From assembly GCF_016433145.1 (NCBI RefSeq), contig NC_058130.1, forward strand, positions 708,556,629 to 708,620,628: a stretch of DNA of 64,000 nucleotides, written 5' to 3'. Source of the stretch: Gracilinanus agilis. Taxonomy: Eukaryota. Made by a program: the position numbers and the translations under genes. Below, piece after piece: positions 21,596 through 34,320 of this stretch (position 1 is its first letter; each line of letters starts with the position of its first letter). The notes below the pieces were generated by a model, which saw only the letters and a list, made by a program, of their open reading frames with translations, had not been told where the DNA came from and did not search any database.

Positions 21596-23702
21596 CTAGC
21601 TGGTTCGAAGCTGATAATCTACAAAGAAAGGGGACAATTGCCTTAGAATGGAGATTAGGAGTAAGGAGGGAATAGCTCCTTTCCTCCTTCTGAGCCTCTT
21701 TTCCCTGCCCCCTTACCCCCCTCCCCAATACCCTTAGTCTATGAAGACAGGGAAAATAGTATTGGGCTCTAGGGAGAGAAGCCTAGACCTACCCAGAGGC
21801 CTCATCTATGCTTACCAATCTCATACCCCTATTGCCCCTAGTCTGTGTTGCCATCTTTGCTACCCATACCCTAGTACCCTCTTACCCCCACTCTGGGTGA
21901 TATATCGAACCCAAGGAAGAGCTTGGTACCCACTCTTCTCAATGATCTTCATGTACCGGACCTATAAGATATCAGGAAAAATTGTTTCAGTTGGCATAAC
22001 TATTTCTCCAGCCACATCTACCCAATCACACATGGATTCCTGCCTCCATTATTTCTCCCCTCCAATCCACGACCAGAATAATCTTTCACATAACTCCATT
22101 ATGTCATCCTTTTGCTCCAAAATTTTTGGTTGCATCCTCTTCCTTAATGATCAGTTCCAAACTCCTTTGCTTGACAGGTAATACCTTCAGCAATCTGATA
22201 CCACTCTCCCTCTTATTCAGGTGTCCCTCATCTTACTCCATCCATTCTATACTTGAGCCAAAGTAGACCATACTCTGCCTTCTGACAACAAATTGTGCCT
22301 TCCTACTTCCTTGCCTTTATTCACAATGTTCTCTGCACCAACAATTAAATTTCTACCCATTTTGTAATTCCCAGCTCAATGGCCAACTCTACCAGGAAAT
22401 TTTCCTTGATCTCCTTGATCAATTCTTTCTCTCTCCCACAAAATCACAAAATAATAGAGCTGGAAGAGAGAGACCATGTCCAGAGGTTGGCAATCTGAGG
22501 TCCATAAACTTTTTTTTTTTTAAATAAATTTTTAATAATGATTTTAATAGAATTTTTTCCTTTGTCCGCTAGGTGGCACCATAGTGCACAGAGCACTGGG
22601 CCTGGAGTCCCTGAGTTCAAATTAAGTCTTACACACTTCATAGTTGTGTGATCCTGAGCAAGTCACTTAGACTTCATTAGCCTTAGTTTTCTCATCTATC
22701 AAAATGAGATAATACTAGCACTTAGCTCCCAAAGCTGTTGTGTAGATCAAATGAGATAATATTTGTTAAGCACTTTGCAAATGTTTAGGAGCTACATAAA
22801 TACTATTATTTTTATTCCTTTGTAATCCTATGGATTTATTTTTATTCATTATTTTTTTAATAATTTAAAACCTTTATCTGAAGGGGTAAAAAAAGAACCC
22901 TTACCTTTTGTCTTAGTATTAATTCTAAGACTGAAGAGTGTCAAGGGCTAGCAATTAGGGTTAAGTGATTTACCCAGGATCACACTGCTAGGAAGTATCT
23001 GAGGCCAAATTTGAACCCAGGTCCTCCTACCGCCAGCCCTGGTGTTCTATCCACTGTGCTACCTAGCTCCCCCAATTTTATGAATTTTAAACCATTATGA
23101 AAAGAGGTCAGTAAGCTTCATCAGATTGACTAGAAGGTCCATAACACAAAAAGGGTTAAGAACCCTTGATCCAACTCCTTCATTTCACAGATGAAGTAAC
23201 TAAGGTACAAAAATAAAAGCAATATAAGCAAAGTCACATGTAGGAAGTAAGACATAGAGCCAAGACTAGAACCAGGGCGCAGTGTTCCTTCCAGTATCCT
23301 ATACCCATGTAGTACTATTTGCACCTCTCAATGCACTTAAAACAAGTAACTCTTGTCTGATTCTTCATGATCACGTTCAGGGTTTTCTTGGCAAAGATAC
23401 TGGACTGGTTTGACATTTTCTTCTCTAGCCCATTTTACATATGAGGAAACCAAGACAAACAGGGTGAAGTGACTTGCCCAGGATCACAGAGTGTCTGAGG
23501 CCAGATTTCAGCTCGGGGAGATGAATCTTCCCGATTCCAGTCAAGCTGATCTATCCACTTCACCACCTAATAGCCCCTAGTAATACTGTATGTCAGAATT
23601 ATTTGTGTTTTATTCCCCTACTCAAGTGGAAGCAGAGTGAAAACAGGGATCTACATTTTATACACCCCCCCAAACCCCACCTTAGTACCTAGTATAGTGC
23701 AC

Positions 23703-23739
<37 letters not shown>

Positions 23740-26700
23740 CGGATGAATGAATGAAGGGAATCTGGTAAAATCACTCCCCAGGGGGCATCTTTCCCTCTTC
23801 CTCTTCCCCAAACTTCCCCCTTTTACCTGGATCCCAGAGACAGTAAAATAAGGAATCTCAAATTTGACAGAGATGGGAGGCCGGCCCTCTACTTCCTCTT
23901 TCTCCACGCTGGGCAAGCCAAAGTGTGCTCTCATTAGGTATTCTTTTCCTCCCTGCAAGGTCAGATGGATGGTGAGGAAGGTAGGCAAGCAAAAAGGCAG
24001 AAGGAATGGACAGATTGGGCCCTCGGGTATCCCTCCTGGGACACTGAATAGAACACAGGATTTAGCACTGAACCAGACCCCAAAAGAGCTTCAATCTAAT
24101 CCCTTCATTGGAAGAAGTCGAAAATGGTCCCAGAGTATATATTAGGGGGCTTGCTCAAGGTCACACAGATAGAAAGGAACAGAAATGGAATTTCTACCCA
24201 AGTCCTCTCCTAACACCAAACCCTAAACTCTTGTCACTTTGCTCGGCCGAATGAGCCCCAGGAGGTTCATTTCAAACATGCTCATACCTCTCCCCTCCTT
24301 AGGATCCAGCCCCTTCCCACTGCTCCAACCTAACCAAGCAGGCCCCTTCGATTGTTCCCTGGACCCCAGTTGCACCCCTCCCACTGTCCGCTGATCCCAC
24401 CCACCACCTGCTCCTCCATCTCTCACAGGAAAGGACTTGATGTTCCAGATAACCACATTTTTCTCAGGCAGGTACTTGGCGCTGCCCACACTGGTTTTGA
24501 ATCGGGGGGAATCTGCATCACTGGGCACTGGGACTGCGATCTCCACACTGTTGGCCACTGACTGCTTCTTAAACTGGCCTTTAGCCTGTCGGATATGGAG
24601 AGAGAAGCCAAGACTCATCAGACTTGGATGTTCCCCTTGGTTTCTACATTCTTTTTCTATGCTGGTCATCTCTCCCATCTTCCCAGTCCCACTACCCCTC
24701 CTCTACACTACTCCAGCCTAACTGGAATTTATAAAGTTCCTTAAGGTTTGCAAAGCCCCGTCTTTGCAACTTTGCTCCCTGCCTCTCTCAGCCCTCCCCC
24801 AAGCCAAACTCAAGTTGTCCTTCAGGATCCAGCTCAAGCCCAACACTCTCCATGGAACCTTCTCTTACAAAATCCCAGGACTGAAAAAACTCTAAGCATG
24901 AATCTCCTCTATGACTTTCTTAATAAGTCAAGTCCCCATGTGAAGACCTCTAGCAATAAGGAATCTGCTACCTCCTTAAGAGTCTATTCTACTTTTGGAG
25001 AGCTCTCACTGCAAGAGGTTTTCCTCATGTGGAGCTCCAGCATGATTCACTGCAACATCCATTCATTCTCCTCATACTGCTCTCAAAGACGGAGCAGAGA
25101 ATGTCAACCCTTCTTCCCCTAGATAGCTCTTTAGATACTTGGAGCTAACTTTCTCACTGTTCTCTCCCATTCTCTGTGTCTCATTCTTCACCAAGTGAAT
25201 ATCCTCTAGTTCCTGTATGATATCTTCAGCCCCTCGCCATCTAGGTTAACCTCTTCTGGATTTGCTCCACTTTTGTATTTCTTAAAATCCATTTACTTCT
25301 GAATGTCACAAGCTTCAGATGTGGCCTGAACAGAGCAGAGGAGAGTGGGAGTAACACCTCTCACATATGGAACCTTTTTGAACGTAGCTTAAATTTGGCT
25401 TTACCTTTTTTTGGCCTGCCATGACACACTGTCAACTCAATAAGCTGTAGTTCACCAATGTGTCTTTCTTTTTCACAACTTAAACATTCTTCCACATGTT
25501 GATTTTTTTGGACCAACTGCAGGATTTCACATTGATTCCTGGTCTGTTTCATCTTATCACATATAGCCTATCATAGCCTGGAGAGCTCTTTATGAATCAT
25601 ACTCCAAACACCTTAGCCAGGGACAGAAGATGAGCAGGGAAATTCCCAGGCCCTACTTACCTTAACCATAATTTCTACCCGGCTGTGTGAAAACTTTTCA
25701 ATGACAGACTCAATCCAGATTAGTGGTTTTACCTGTGGGAGAAAAAGTCACAGAGGTTCAACCACAGGATATAGGATCAGGTAGCACCCCAAAAAAACAT
25801 TAGGACTAGAGCCAGAGCCTACATCAATAGGGAGACCCACCTGGGTATTGAGCCGATAAGACATAAGTTCAAAGTCACCATCAGGTGGGATGAAGGAGAT
25901 GGTTCGATCATTGTCAAATCTAGAGAGTCGTACACACTGATGGAACTTAACATCTTCCAATTCGACAGACTTGTTTTTATTGCCTGAAACTCAGAGAAGA
26001 GGGAACTGTTGTTTTAATTGGAACATACTATCTGGACCTGGTCCTTACTAGACCTAGGACTTACTCAGGTAGACCTCCAATCTGATCCAAATGAACTTTG
26101 ACAAGTTACTTTACTTATCAGAGCCTCAGTTTCCCTGTCTATAAAATGAGGGAGTTGGACTAGATCAGAGCTTCTTAATCTTTTTTGTGTCATGGACCTC
26201 TTTGGCAGTCTGGGGAAAGCTATGAACTCTTCAAAATAATGTTTTTAGATGCATAAAACAAAACACATAGGTCTACAAGGAAACCAATTATAGTATAATA
26301 ATATTACCATTATTAATATTATTTAAAATTTTTTTAAACAGATTTATAGACCCCAAGTTAAGAATTCCTGAACTAGATGATCTAAGGTTCCAGCTTCATT
26401 TTCAATGATACAATAAACTGAGAGATTCTCTAGTCTAAATTCTTTACAGGTGAAAAAATAGAAATTTTTTCAGAAAAGAAATGATTTACCCAGGTTCACA
26501 TGACTAGTAGAACACCTAGGACTTACTTAGGTAGACCTTCTGACTCTAAGTCCAATAACTCTCTACCACACCACTTTGATTCCTTCACTCCCCTCCATCA
26601 CTCTAATACCCCATATTGTCCCAAAAGCTGATATTCCCTGTCAGAGCATCCCAACATTCTATGGGGTCACCCCTCCAAGGTTATTGAAACCCAATTTCTC

Positions 26701-29700
26701 ACAGTAACTCCAAATCGGACCACTTCCATTTCCTCCAATCCCATTTTCTGGACCTCTCAAATCATGGTAGCCATTCTAGTGAAAGAAAATCTTTGGCTGG
26801 TGGAGGGCTGCTGAAGGGATGTTTATGATGCCCCTCTCAATCTCTCCCTCACCCCTCCAAAGACTGACCAGGACCTAATCCCCAGGGAGGACCCCAGACC
26901 CCAGAAACTTACGGCCAGTGAGTTCAAAAAGTACCCGGTCATTGAGTCCCAATCTCAGCTCTGGCATGCCAGACAAGAATACCTTCAGCTTAATGGTGCC
27001 CACAATCTCACTCAGCAGCACACTCCCATTGGCATTGACCTGAACCAATGTGGGATTAGGTATCAGCAGGATATGGCAAAGGGTGGGAGGGGGTGAGGGC
27101 AGATCCCAATTCTCCCAGTTCCTTTCCCTTAACAGCAATTGCCACAGATGCTAAGTACCACCTTACCCCCCCTTCTACCCACTAGCAGTTCCTGACCCCT
27201 AGCAAGTCTTGGACTCTGATTGGTGGTCATTCTAATTCCCATCACTCCTACCCCCCCACTCATAGTAGTCTCCCAGGGGCTTACCAGTAGGTTGACAGAC
27301 TCAATCACATCAATGAAAACCTCATTCTTCTTATATTTGATACCCTCTGAACGCCAAGACACAGCATTGGTAACTGTTGGGGGCACCCGGGACTTGCCTG
27401 TCTCTAATTTGTTGCCCTGTTGGGTGATATACCTGAAGGAAGAAAGGGAAAGGGTCCATGATCTTACCTCCCATCTGAAAAGGCAGAACCCTCCTGGGGT
27501 AAGAATTAATATGAAAACAAGTAATATCACTGAATCATAGATTTAGAGCTAGAAGGGATCTTAATGGTTATCTAGTCCAACCCCATCATTTTATTGATGA
27601 GGAAACTAAGCCCAAAGGGGTTAAGTGCATTGTATCCCCAGCACCTAAGACAGTGCCTGACAAATACAATGATAGTGACTAGCATTTATCCTGGCATTTT
27701 AAAGTTTGTAAAGCATTTAAGAAATGCCTCATTTGATCCTCCCAATAATCCTGGGAGGTAGGTGCTATTATTATGATCACCTTTTTACAGATAGGGAAAC
27801 TGAGGTAGAAAAAGTAACTTACCCAGGATCATATGGCTAAGTAGCTGGGGCTACATTTGAACTCAAGACTTCCTGACTCCAGGACCTGCACTTTATCCAC
27901 TATGTTACCTAGCAACTGCCTTATAGTGGGCATTTAATATTAGTGATTACTTGCCCAAAGTCATAGATGTACCAAATAGAAGAGCTGGGATTTGAAGGAA
28001 GGCCTCAGACTCTAAACTCAATATTTTAAAATTTCTCTACCACACCACATCCCAGGATTATGAGCACTTTATAGTATAAAGTAGTTTTCTTTTTTCCCAT
28101 ACTAACCCTGTGGGAGGTGGGTAGTAAAAAATTTTATTATCCCCATTTTGAAGATGAATCAACAACCTCAGAGAAGGGAAGTGATTCAGTCAAGGTCAAA
28201 TGGCTGACAAAAGACAATAAACAAAGTGAGAACTCAAATGCAAGCCCACTGATTCCAATTTCAGGGTGTTTGATCCCATTAAGTTGCCTCTCTATTTCCC
28301 AGAGGATAGGATCATAGATCTAGGGTTGGAAGGGATCTTAGCAATCAGCCCATTTTAGAGATGAGGAAACCAAGGCTCAGCGATGTTAAATACCTTGTTC
28401 AAATTCACCCAGGGAGTAGGCAGTAAAGCCAGAAACACCTCTCTGGGCCCTAATTTCCCTATGCAAAATGAGAAACGAGAAGGAGAAAATTACGAATTCT
28501 AAGGGCCCTTCCACTTTTGATGTGTTTTGGCTCTAGGATTAGCCTCCTTTGTGCTGGAAGAAAGATTAAGGGCCTAGGTTAAAATCTGGATTCAGATACC
28601 CTCTAGCTGTGTGATCTTGGGCAAGTCACTTAACCTGATTGTCTAGCTATTGTTGCTCCTCTGTCTTAGAGTTGATATTAAGACTGAAGGTAGGGTTTGA
28701 GGAAGGAAGGAAGGAAGGAAGGAAGGAAGGAAGGAAGGAAGGAAGTTAGGAACAGGGGTATAGAGGGGTCCTGTGAGCTTTCTCCAGAGTCCTGGGGAAA
28801 TAACAATTATAGGGGCAGCTGGATAACTCAGTGGATTGAGAGTCAGGCCCAGAGACGGGAGGTCCTAGGCTCAAATCTGACCTCAGACACTTCCCAGCTG
28901 TGTGACCCTGGGCAAGTCACTTGACCCCCATTGCCCACCCTTACCATTCTTCCACCCAGGAGCCAGTACACAGAAGTTAAGGGTTTAAAAAAAAACCAAT
29001 TATATGTGGAGCCCCTGGGACCTGATGGACCCTAAGGATGCTGCTGCCCCCACCCCAGTCCCACTTACTCCTGGAGAATTTTGCTGTCTGTTGTTTGTGG
29101 AAAGCCAAAATCCATGAGTTCATCCAATAGCTCATAGACAATGACGAAATTGTCCCGGATGCTCTCTTCCTCTAGCTCCTTGAAATACTCAGAGAATACC
29201 TAGTGAATAAGGGAAGCAGGTAGGATTAGGAGAGGGTTGGATGATCAGTACCCTTCCTCCTGATAGGTTTATCAGGAAGTCAGGGGTTAGAAAATGGAGC
29301 TGGGGCTCTCACCTCAACAGCCTTGTAGAGGAAGGAGTACACCAGGGAGGCATTGGCATTCTTGAGGGTAGTGGCCACCACTGTTACCAATCTGGGGTCA
29401 AGGAAAAGGCACCAATATGGTAGGGTGGGGAAGTGAAAGAGGAAAACAGCCCTTCCACCCCATTTTCTTCCTGCTAATCAGAAGCCCTCCAAATAGGGTC
29501 CCTGCCATATAGATCATAGTCAATGTTAGCCCTTGACTTGCCTTGTGACATGGGGCACTTGACTCTCTTTGGATCCCCATTTCCCTCACAGTTCCAGCCC
29601 ACTGGGGACAGGTGAAGTCCATTCAGGCTCATGTTTGGGGGAGTGTGGCTTAGTGGAAAAAGCACTGGGGATTGGAAGTAATCAGAGGGCTTGGATCTGA

Positions 29701-31363
29701 ATAATCTGCAGCTGACTACTATGGCGACCCTCCTGGAGCCTCAGAAAAGCTTCTCTATGAAACTGAGGGGATTGACTAGAGCCAGTGGCTCCCAAACTTT
29801 TTTGGCCTACCGCCCCTTTTCCAGAAAAAATATTACTTAGCCCTCTGGAAATTAATTTTTTAAATTTTAATAGCAATTAATAGGAAAGATAAATGCACTT
29901 GTGGCCATCACTGCTTCCCTGGATGACTGCAGTACCCACCAGGGGGCGGTGGTGCCCACTTTGGGAATCATTGGTCTAGACAATCTCAAAGGCTCCTTCT
30001 ATTCTAAATCCTAGAAGCAGAGACCAAGGGCTCTTTGGAAAGTGGGGAAGGAAAAAAAGGTTTGGTGCAATGAAAAGAACATTGGATTTGGAATCCATTG
30101 CCTTGTTTCTTATCCCACTAGTGTGGGGACACCAAAACTTTTGTGTGACTCTGGCTAGGTCACTTCATCCCTTGGAGCCTTGTTTCCTTATCTGTAAAAT
30201 GTAGAAATGAGGGTGATCTTATCTCTCCTGCTCTCCTCCCAGGGCTATTATTATAAACATACAATGAAAAAAACATGTGGAAAATAATTTGTAACCATAA
30301 AAAAGGGCCTGAAGAGGCAACTAGGTAGTGCACTAGTCAGGAGGACCTGCATTCAAGTTTGGCCTCAGATACTTCTTAGCTGTGTGACTGGGCAAGTCAC
30401 TTAACTCTGATTGCCTAATCCTTACCGGGCTTCTGTCTTTGAAATTGATACTGAGAGAGAAGGCAAGAGTTGTTTTTTTGTTTATGTTTTCAGTTTTTTT
30501 TTTTAAAGGGAGGTGTTCTGAAGACACCAGATCAATGGTTCTAGGTCTGAGCTAAAGAGTCAGGAAGGCTGGGCAGACAAGGACCCGATTCACCTTTCCA
30601 AAGCCAGGAAACATGGAATCAGGCCCAAGTGGCTGTGGACAAGGCTTTAGAAACTAGGGGCAGCTCCACCTCCCTTTCCCCGCAAGGGCCTGGCAGTCGG
30701 AAGGATGCAGTAAAGGTTGCTATATTTGATCCACAGGAAGTGCACCCTGCCATGGGTCAGCAGTGGGGTCAGGGCTCCCTCTTCTTCCTTCTGCATCAGC
30801 AGGGGCATGAAGTGGTCAATCTCTGCCATGCTCACATCTCCCTTGTAGTTCCGGCAGATCAGGGGCTGGTCAGGGGGAGAGAAGTTGGGTGAGGTTCCTC
30901 CCCAATCCTAGCCACACCCCCTTCTCCTGCGCAGGTTCTGCACTTTCACCCCAACCTGGGGAGCCGGACTACCTGGTCACCTGGGTTGCGGGGAGGGGAA
31001 GGAGGGACCCTCTCTAGGGAAAAGTGCTGGAGTGAGGAAGGGCCCCCTCACAGAGATGTCTCTTTTCTTCTTCCCTCTTTCTTTCAGGCGAGCCTGTTTA
31101 ACTGCTGGACATCTGGAACAACGATGGGGCCCGAGGACATCTAGGACCTTTCCTCCAGCCAGATGAGGGGACTCTGGGCCCCGCAGGGAGTCCTGGCTCC
31201 TAGCTCGGGGCCTAAAGCCCAGCAGAAGTGAACCTGCCTGGGGGCTGTCTCCTCCCCCACCCCCACCCCCACCCCCACGGATTCTCCCACCCCAACACCT
31301 GAGAAAGCAGCCCTTTCTCACCTTCCCCTTCATGTCCAGAATGAAGACCGCAGAGGCAGACAT
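21596..31363 (-). CDS. AP1M2: AP-1 complex subunit mu-2 (mu1B), 12 coding exons, 423 aa
   Basis: Exons 31363-31322, 30865-30709, 29380-29313, 29199-29069, 27432-27285, 27039-26913, 25983-25841, 25732-25661, 24585-24427, 23952-23827, 21961-21886, 21618-21596, total 1272 nt. Motifs MSASAVFILD, VSWRSEGIKYKKNEVFIDVIE, KFHQCVRLSRFDNDRTISFIPPDG, ending DYQLRTS. Intron 2 is GC-AG with U12 signals. Synteny and sequence favour mu1B over mu1A. Confidence 0.96.
23709..23737. repeat. (TG)14 microsatellite in AP1M2 intron 10
   Basis: Perfect TG run. Confidence 0.95.
26166..26370 (+). mobile_element. Old hAT-Charlie (MER5-like) MITE inserted in a MIR tail
   Basis: TIRs CAGAGCTTCTTAAT / GTTAAGAATTCCTG and 8-bp TSD gactagat/aactagat. 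Related degenerate pieces at about 7455-7630 and 22810-23167. Confidence 0.7.
28701..28744. repeat. (GGAA)11 microsatellite forming the tail of a SINE
   Basis: Follows the SINE 3' end ...aagactgaaggtagggtttga. Confidence 0.95.
28812..28995 (+). mobile_element. Young opossum-type SINE1 with A-tail and TSD-like caattata
   Basis: ggggcagctgg...gagacgggaggtcctaggctcaaatc...ggagccagtacacagaagttaagggtttaaaaaaaaa. Related copies at about 22897-23075(-), 38555-38760(-), 51994-52183, 56264-56470, 56600-56810, 57960-58175(-). Confidence 0.8.
29381..30708 (-). other. U12-type (minor spliceosome) intron with non-canonical GC-AG termini, AP1M2 intron 2
   Basis: 5' splice site GCATCCTTCC (30708-30699), branch site TTCCTTGAC (29405-29397), and a 3' AG 17 nt downstream of the branch A with no polypyrimidine tract. 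Confidence 0.85.
29783..29973 (+). mobile_element. hAT-Charlie-type MITE (191 bp) inserted in a MIR tail inside AP1M2 intron 2
   Basis: 16-bp TIRs CAGTGGCTCCCAAACT / rc CAATGATTCCCAAAGT, flanked by a degenerate NTCTAGAN-type target (gactagag / gtctagac). Confidence 0.75.
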
Positions 31364-31680
31364 GGCGGGAGCTGGGTCTGGGCAGAGCAGGGGCCTTGCT
31401 TGGGGCACAGGGGAGGAAACCTTCGGCGCTTCCTCCTTCCTGCAAAAGCAGCGTCACCTCATCCAGGTAGGCGCCCTGGTCCAGGTGAGTGGCTCTTAAA
31501 GGGGAGGTGACCCAGGTGAGCAACTTCCTCTGCCGACAGAAATGCTCCTCCTGCCGGGGCGGAGTTAGGGAGGGATCCCAGGTTTAAAGGATTTAGAGCG
31601 GGACGGAACTTCCAGCTTTTTCTCTCTTTATCGGGGAATAGATACTCTGAGAGCGGGAAGTGACCCTTCCAAGGCCACCC
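31300..31680 (-). promoter_or_regulatory. AP1M2 promoter with a CAGGTG/CAGGTA E-box cluster, ETS sites and a GC box
   Basis: CAGGTA 31464-31469, CAGGTG 31482-31487 and 31513-31518, ACTTCC near 31523, GGGGCGGAG near 31556. Confidence 0.65.
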
Positions 31681-34184
31681 AGTAGCTGAGCTGGCCTTGG
31701 AACTTTGGTCTGCTCAGAGTCTGACACTTTCCAAGAAGCAATTATTGCCCCGCCCCTCCCCCCAAAAGGCATAAAGGATATACGAGAAATAAATGTTCTC
31801 CCGGAAAAACTGCTAGTGCTAGGGTCAACTTCTGGACAGACACTTTGCCGCCTGGGTGTCCCTGGGGTGTCGGGAGAAAGAGAGGAGGAAGGCATGTTGG
31901 GTGGATGCCCTCAGGTGAACTTTGGGGAAAGATGTGGGTGAGAACAGGCTAGAATGGGCAGGCATGAATAGACTAGGATGCCATCATGGAAGAGAACATC
32001 CAAATAGGGATAACATTGATCCATTGGAGTTTGGGATCATGTCTAAGCCTATTTCAGTTTTCACTTCCCAAAAAGTAAGAAGAATCCCTCTCCTCTTCCC
32101 CACCCCCACCCCATGGCCCTTACTGTCTTCTATTTCTTTGAGATCCTCATTGGGACCCAGGATGCATAGCTTGATTAATTTTGGGGAGGAAAAGAATAAG
32201 TCAGTTAGTAGAAATCCCTTTGAAGAGACTATGTCATAGGTCTTTCCATTCCTGGGTCCCCCAGATCCAAGGTAATAGATTGAGTTGTCCAGCCTAAACT
32301 ACGGTTTTGGCTTCCTCTGGGAGTGTGCTGGACAGTCCATAGAAAGAAAGGGGTCACAGCCCTCAGTTCAATAAGTCCTATCCCTCCTCAGTAGCTAGAT
32401 TTCTCACCTGGACTTCTGGGGGGTTGAGGGTTGAGTAATTATCCACCCAGATCTCCAGTGTCTTGTGTGTCTGTGTATGTGAATACATACTGCTATTTTA
32501 ACATTTCCTACCACCTTTATTTCTTTCCCCTTTTCACATTTTAAATTATTTATTACAAACAACATTTTGTGTCAATATAATTAAAAATACTTTGCAATTA
32601 TTCATAGATAAAGAAATTTTGTATGGGGGAGGATATCTGGAGATTTCTATATCTCTACTGTTCATTGACAGAAGAAATTTGTTTCTGGAAAGTAGATATT
32701 TTTCAAAAATTTTAGTTCAACAATTTTTAAAAAATGTCTTATTGATGTTTCCCTTTTTCCAAATCTGTGACTGCCTACCAACTCATCTCCCCTAAGTAGA
32801 AGCCTTCCCTCATAACAAATATATAGTCAAACATCCAACAAAATATGGCAAGATACAGACCATGCTTAAGAAAGCACATTTGGGCAAATCACATTTCTCC
32901 CACTGCCTAGCCCTTACCATTTTTCTGCCTTGGAACCAATACATAGTATTAATTCTAAGGTAGAAGGCAAGGGTTTAAAAAAAGGGGGGGGGGGAAGAAA
33001 GCACATTTGATTCCGTTGCCTGATCTAATACTTCCTATTTTTTCTGTTCTCTGAACTTCTTTCAACAACAACAAAATGTATTGTGAACCCTTGGGACAAT
33101 TTAATAAACTACTCATAATATTATGATTAAGGCATCACTAAAAGAATTTTTCATTCGAACCCCCTTGGAAGAGTGGTAGTAGGGAATAAGTATTTTTTAA
33201 GAATCTATTATGTGAGGCAGCTAGGTGGTTCAGTGGAGAGAGAGCCAGGCTTGGAGTTGAGAGTACCTGGCCTCACATACTTCTTAGCTGTATAACCCTG
33301 AGAAAGTCATTTAAACCCAATTGTCTAGTACTTACCTCTCTTCTGCCTTGGAACTAATACTTAGTATCAATTCTTAAACAGAAGATAAGGACTAAAACAA
33401 CAACAAAAAAACCCTATTATGTGACAGATAGGGAATCATCTTGGGCAGCTAGATGGCACAATGCAAAGAGTGTCAGACCCGGAGTCAGGAAGACTTAAGT
33501 TCAAATCGAGCCTCAGACACTTACTAGCTATGTGACTCCGAGCAAATCACTTAACCCTGTTTGCCTCAGTTTCCTCATCTGTAAAGTGAGCTGTAGAAAG
33601 AAATAACCAATCACTTTAATATCTTTGCCATGAAAATCCAAATGGGATCATGTAGAGTCCGACATGGCTAAAAATGACTAAACAATAACTATGTGCCACT
33701 GTGCTAAGCGCTTTAACAAATATTCTCTTTTAATCTTCACATTAAGCCTGGAAGGTAAGTGCTATTATAATCCCCATTTTGCAGTTGGGGAAATTGAGGC
33801 AGAAGTAAATGACTTGCCCAAAGTCCCATCCCACAGCCAATAAGTTCCTGAGGCCAGATTTGAATCAGGAGATTCCAGGCCCAGAACTCTATCCATTATC
33901 TGGCTGGCTTCCCTTGGACTATTCTTTCAAATCCTTAAGGGTATTTGGAGCCATTACGTGGAAACCAGTGCTCTATTCCATCAGCTCTCTGCTCCAAGAT
34001 GAAAGATATGCTTAATCATTCACCTCCTGAAGTTATATTAGGTCTCTGCTTCATTCCCAGTTCTGGGTTCTTTCAGAGATCTTTCCCTTCACTGCCTTAT
34101 GGCCACAGAATAAATTGTTCTTCTGATTCTATACTCTCTGTACCAGTTCATGCAATTCTCCAAATTTCTCTGAATTTCTTCTGT

Positions 34185-34320
34185 ACCTTCTTCTTTCCTT
34201 CCTCCCTTCCTCCCTGCCTTCTCCCCTCTCTGCCTGCCTTCTCCCCTCTCTGCCTGCCTCCTTCCCTCCCTCCCTGTCTTCCTTCCTTCCTTCTTTCCTC
34301 CTTCCTTCCTTTCTTCCTTC
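34185..34320. repeat. Polypyrimidine (CCTT/CCCT/CTGC)n compound microsatellite, the antisense tail of the SINE at about 34320-34490
   Basis: Directly abuts the SINE end ttttagtatcagttctaagacagaagagc. Confidence 0.85.

Noticed and set aside
29392-29393. More proximal AG as the AP1M2 intron 2 acceptor
   Set aside because: Only 6 nt from the branch A and gives an immediate stop (TAT TGG TAA).
30977-31408. Apparent N-terminal extension of AP1M2 (MPQARPLL...)
   Set aside because: The ORF starts at GTG rather than ATG. The ATG at 31363 has a strong Kozak context and gives the canonical length.
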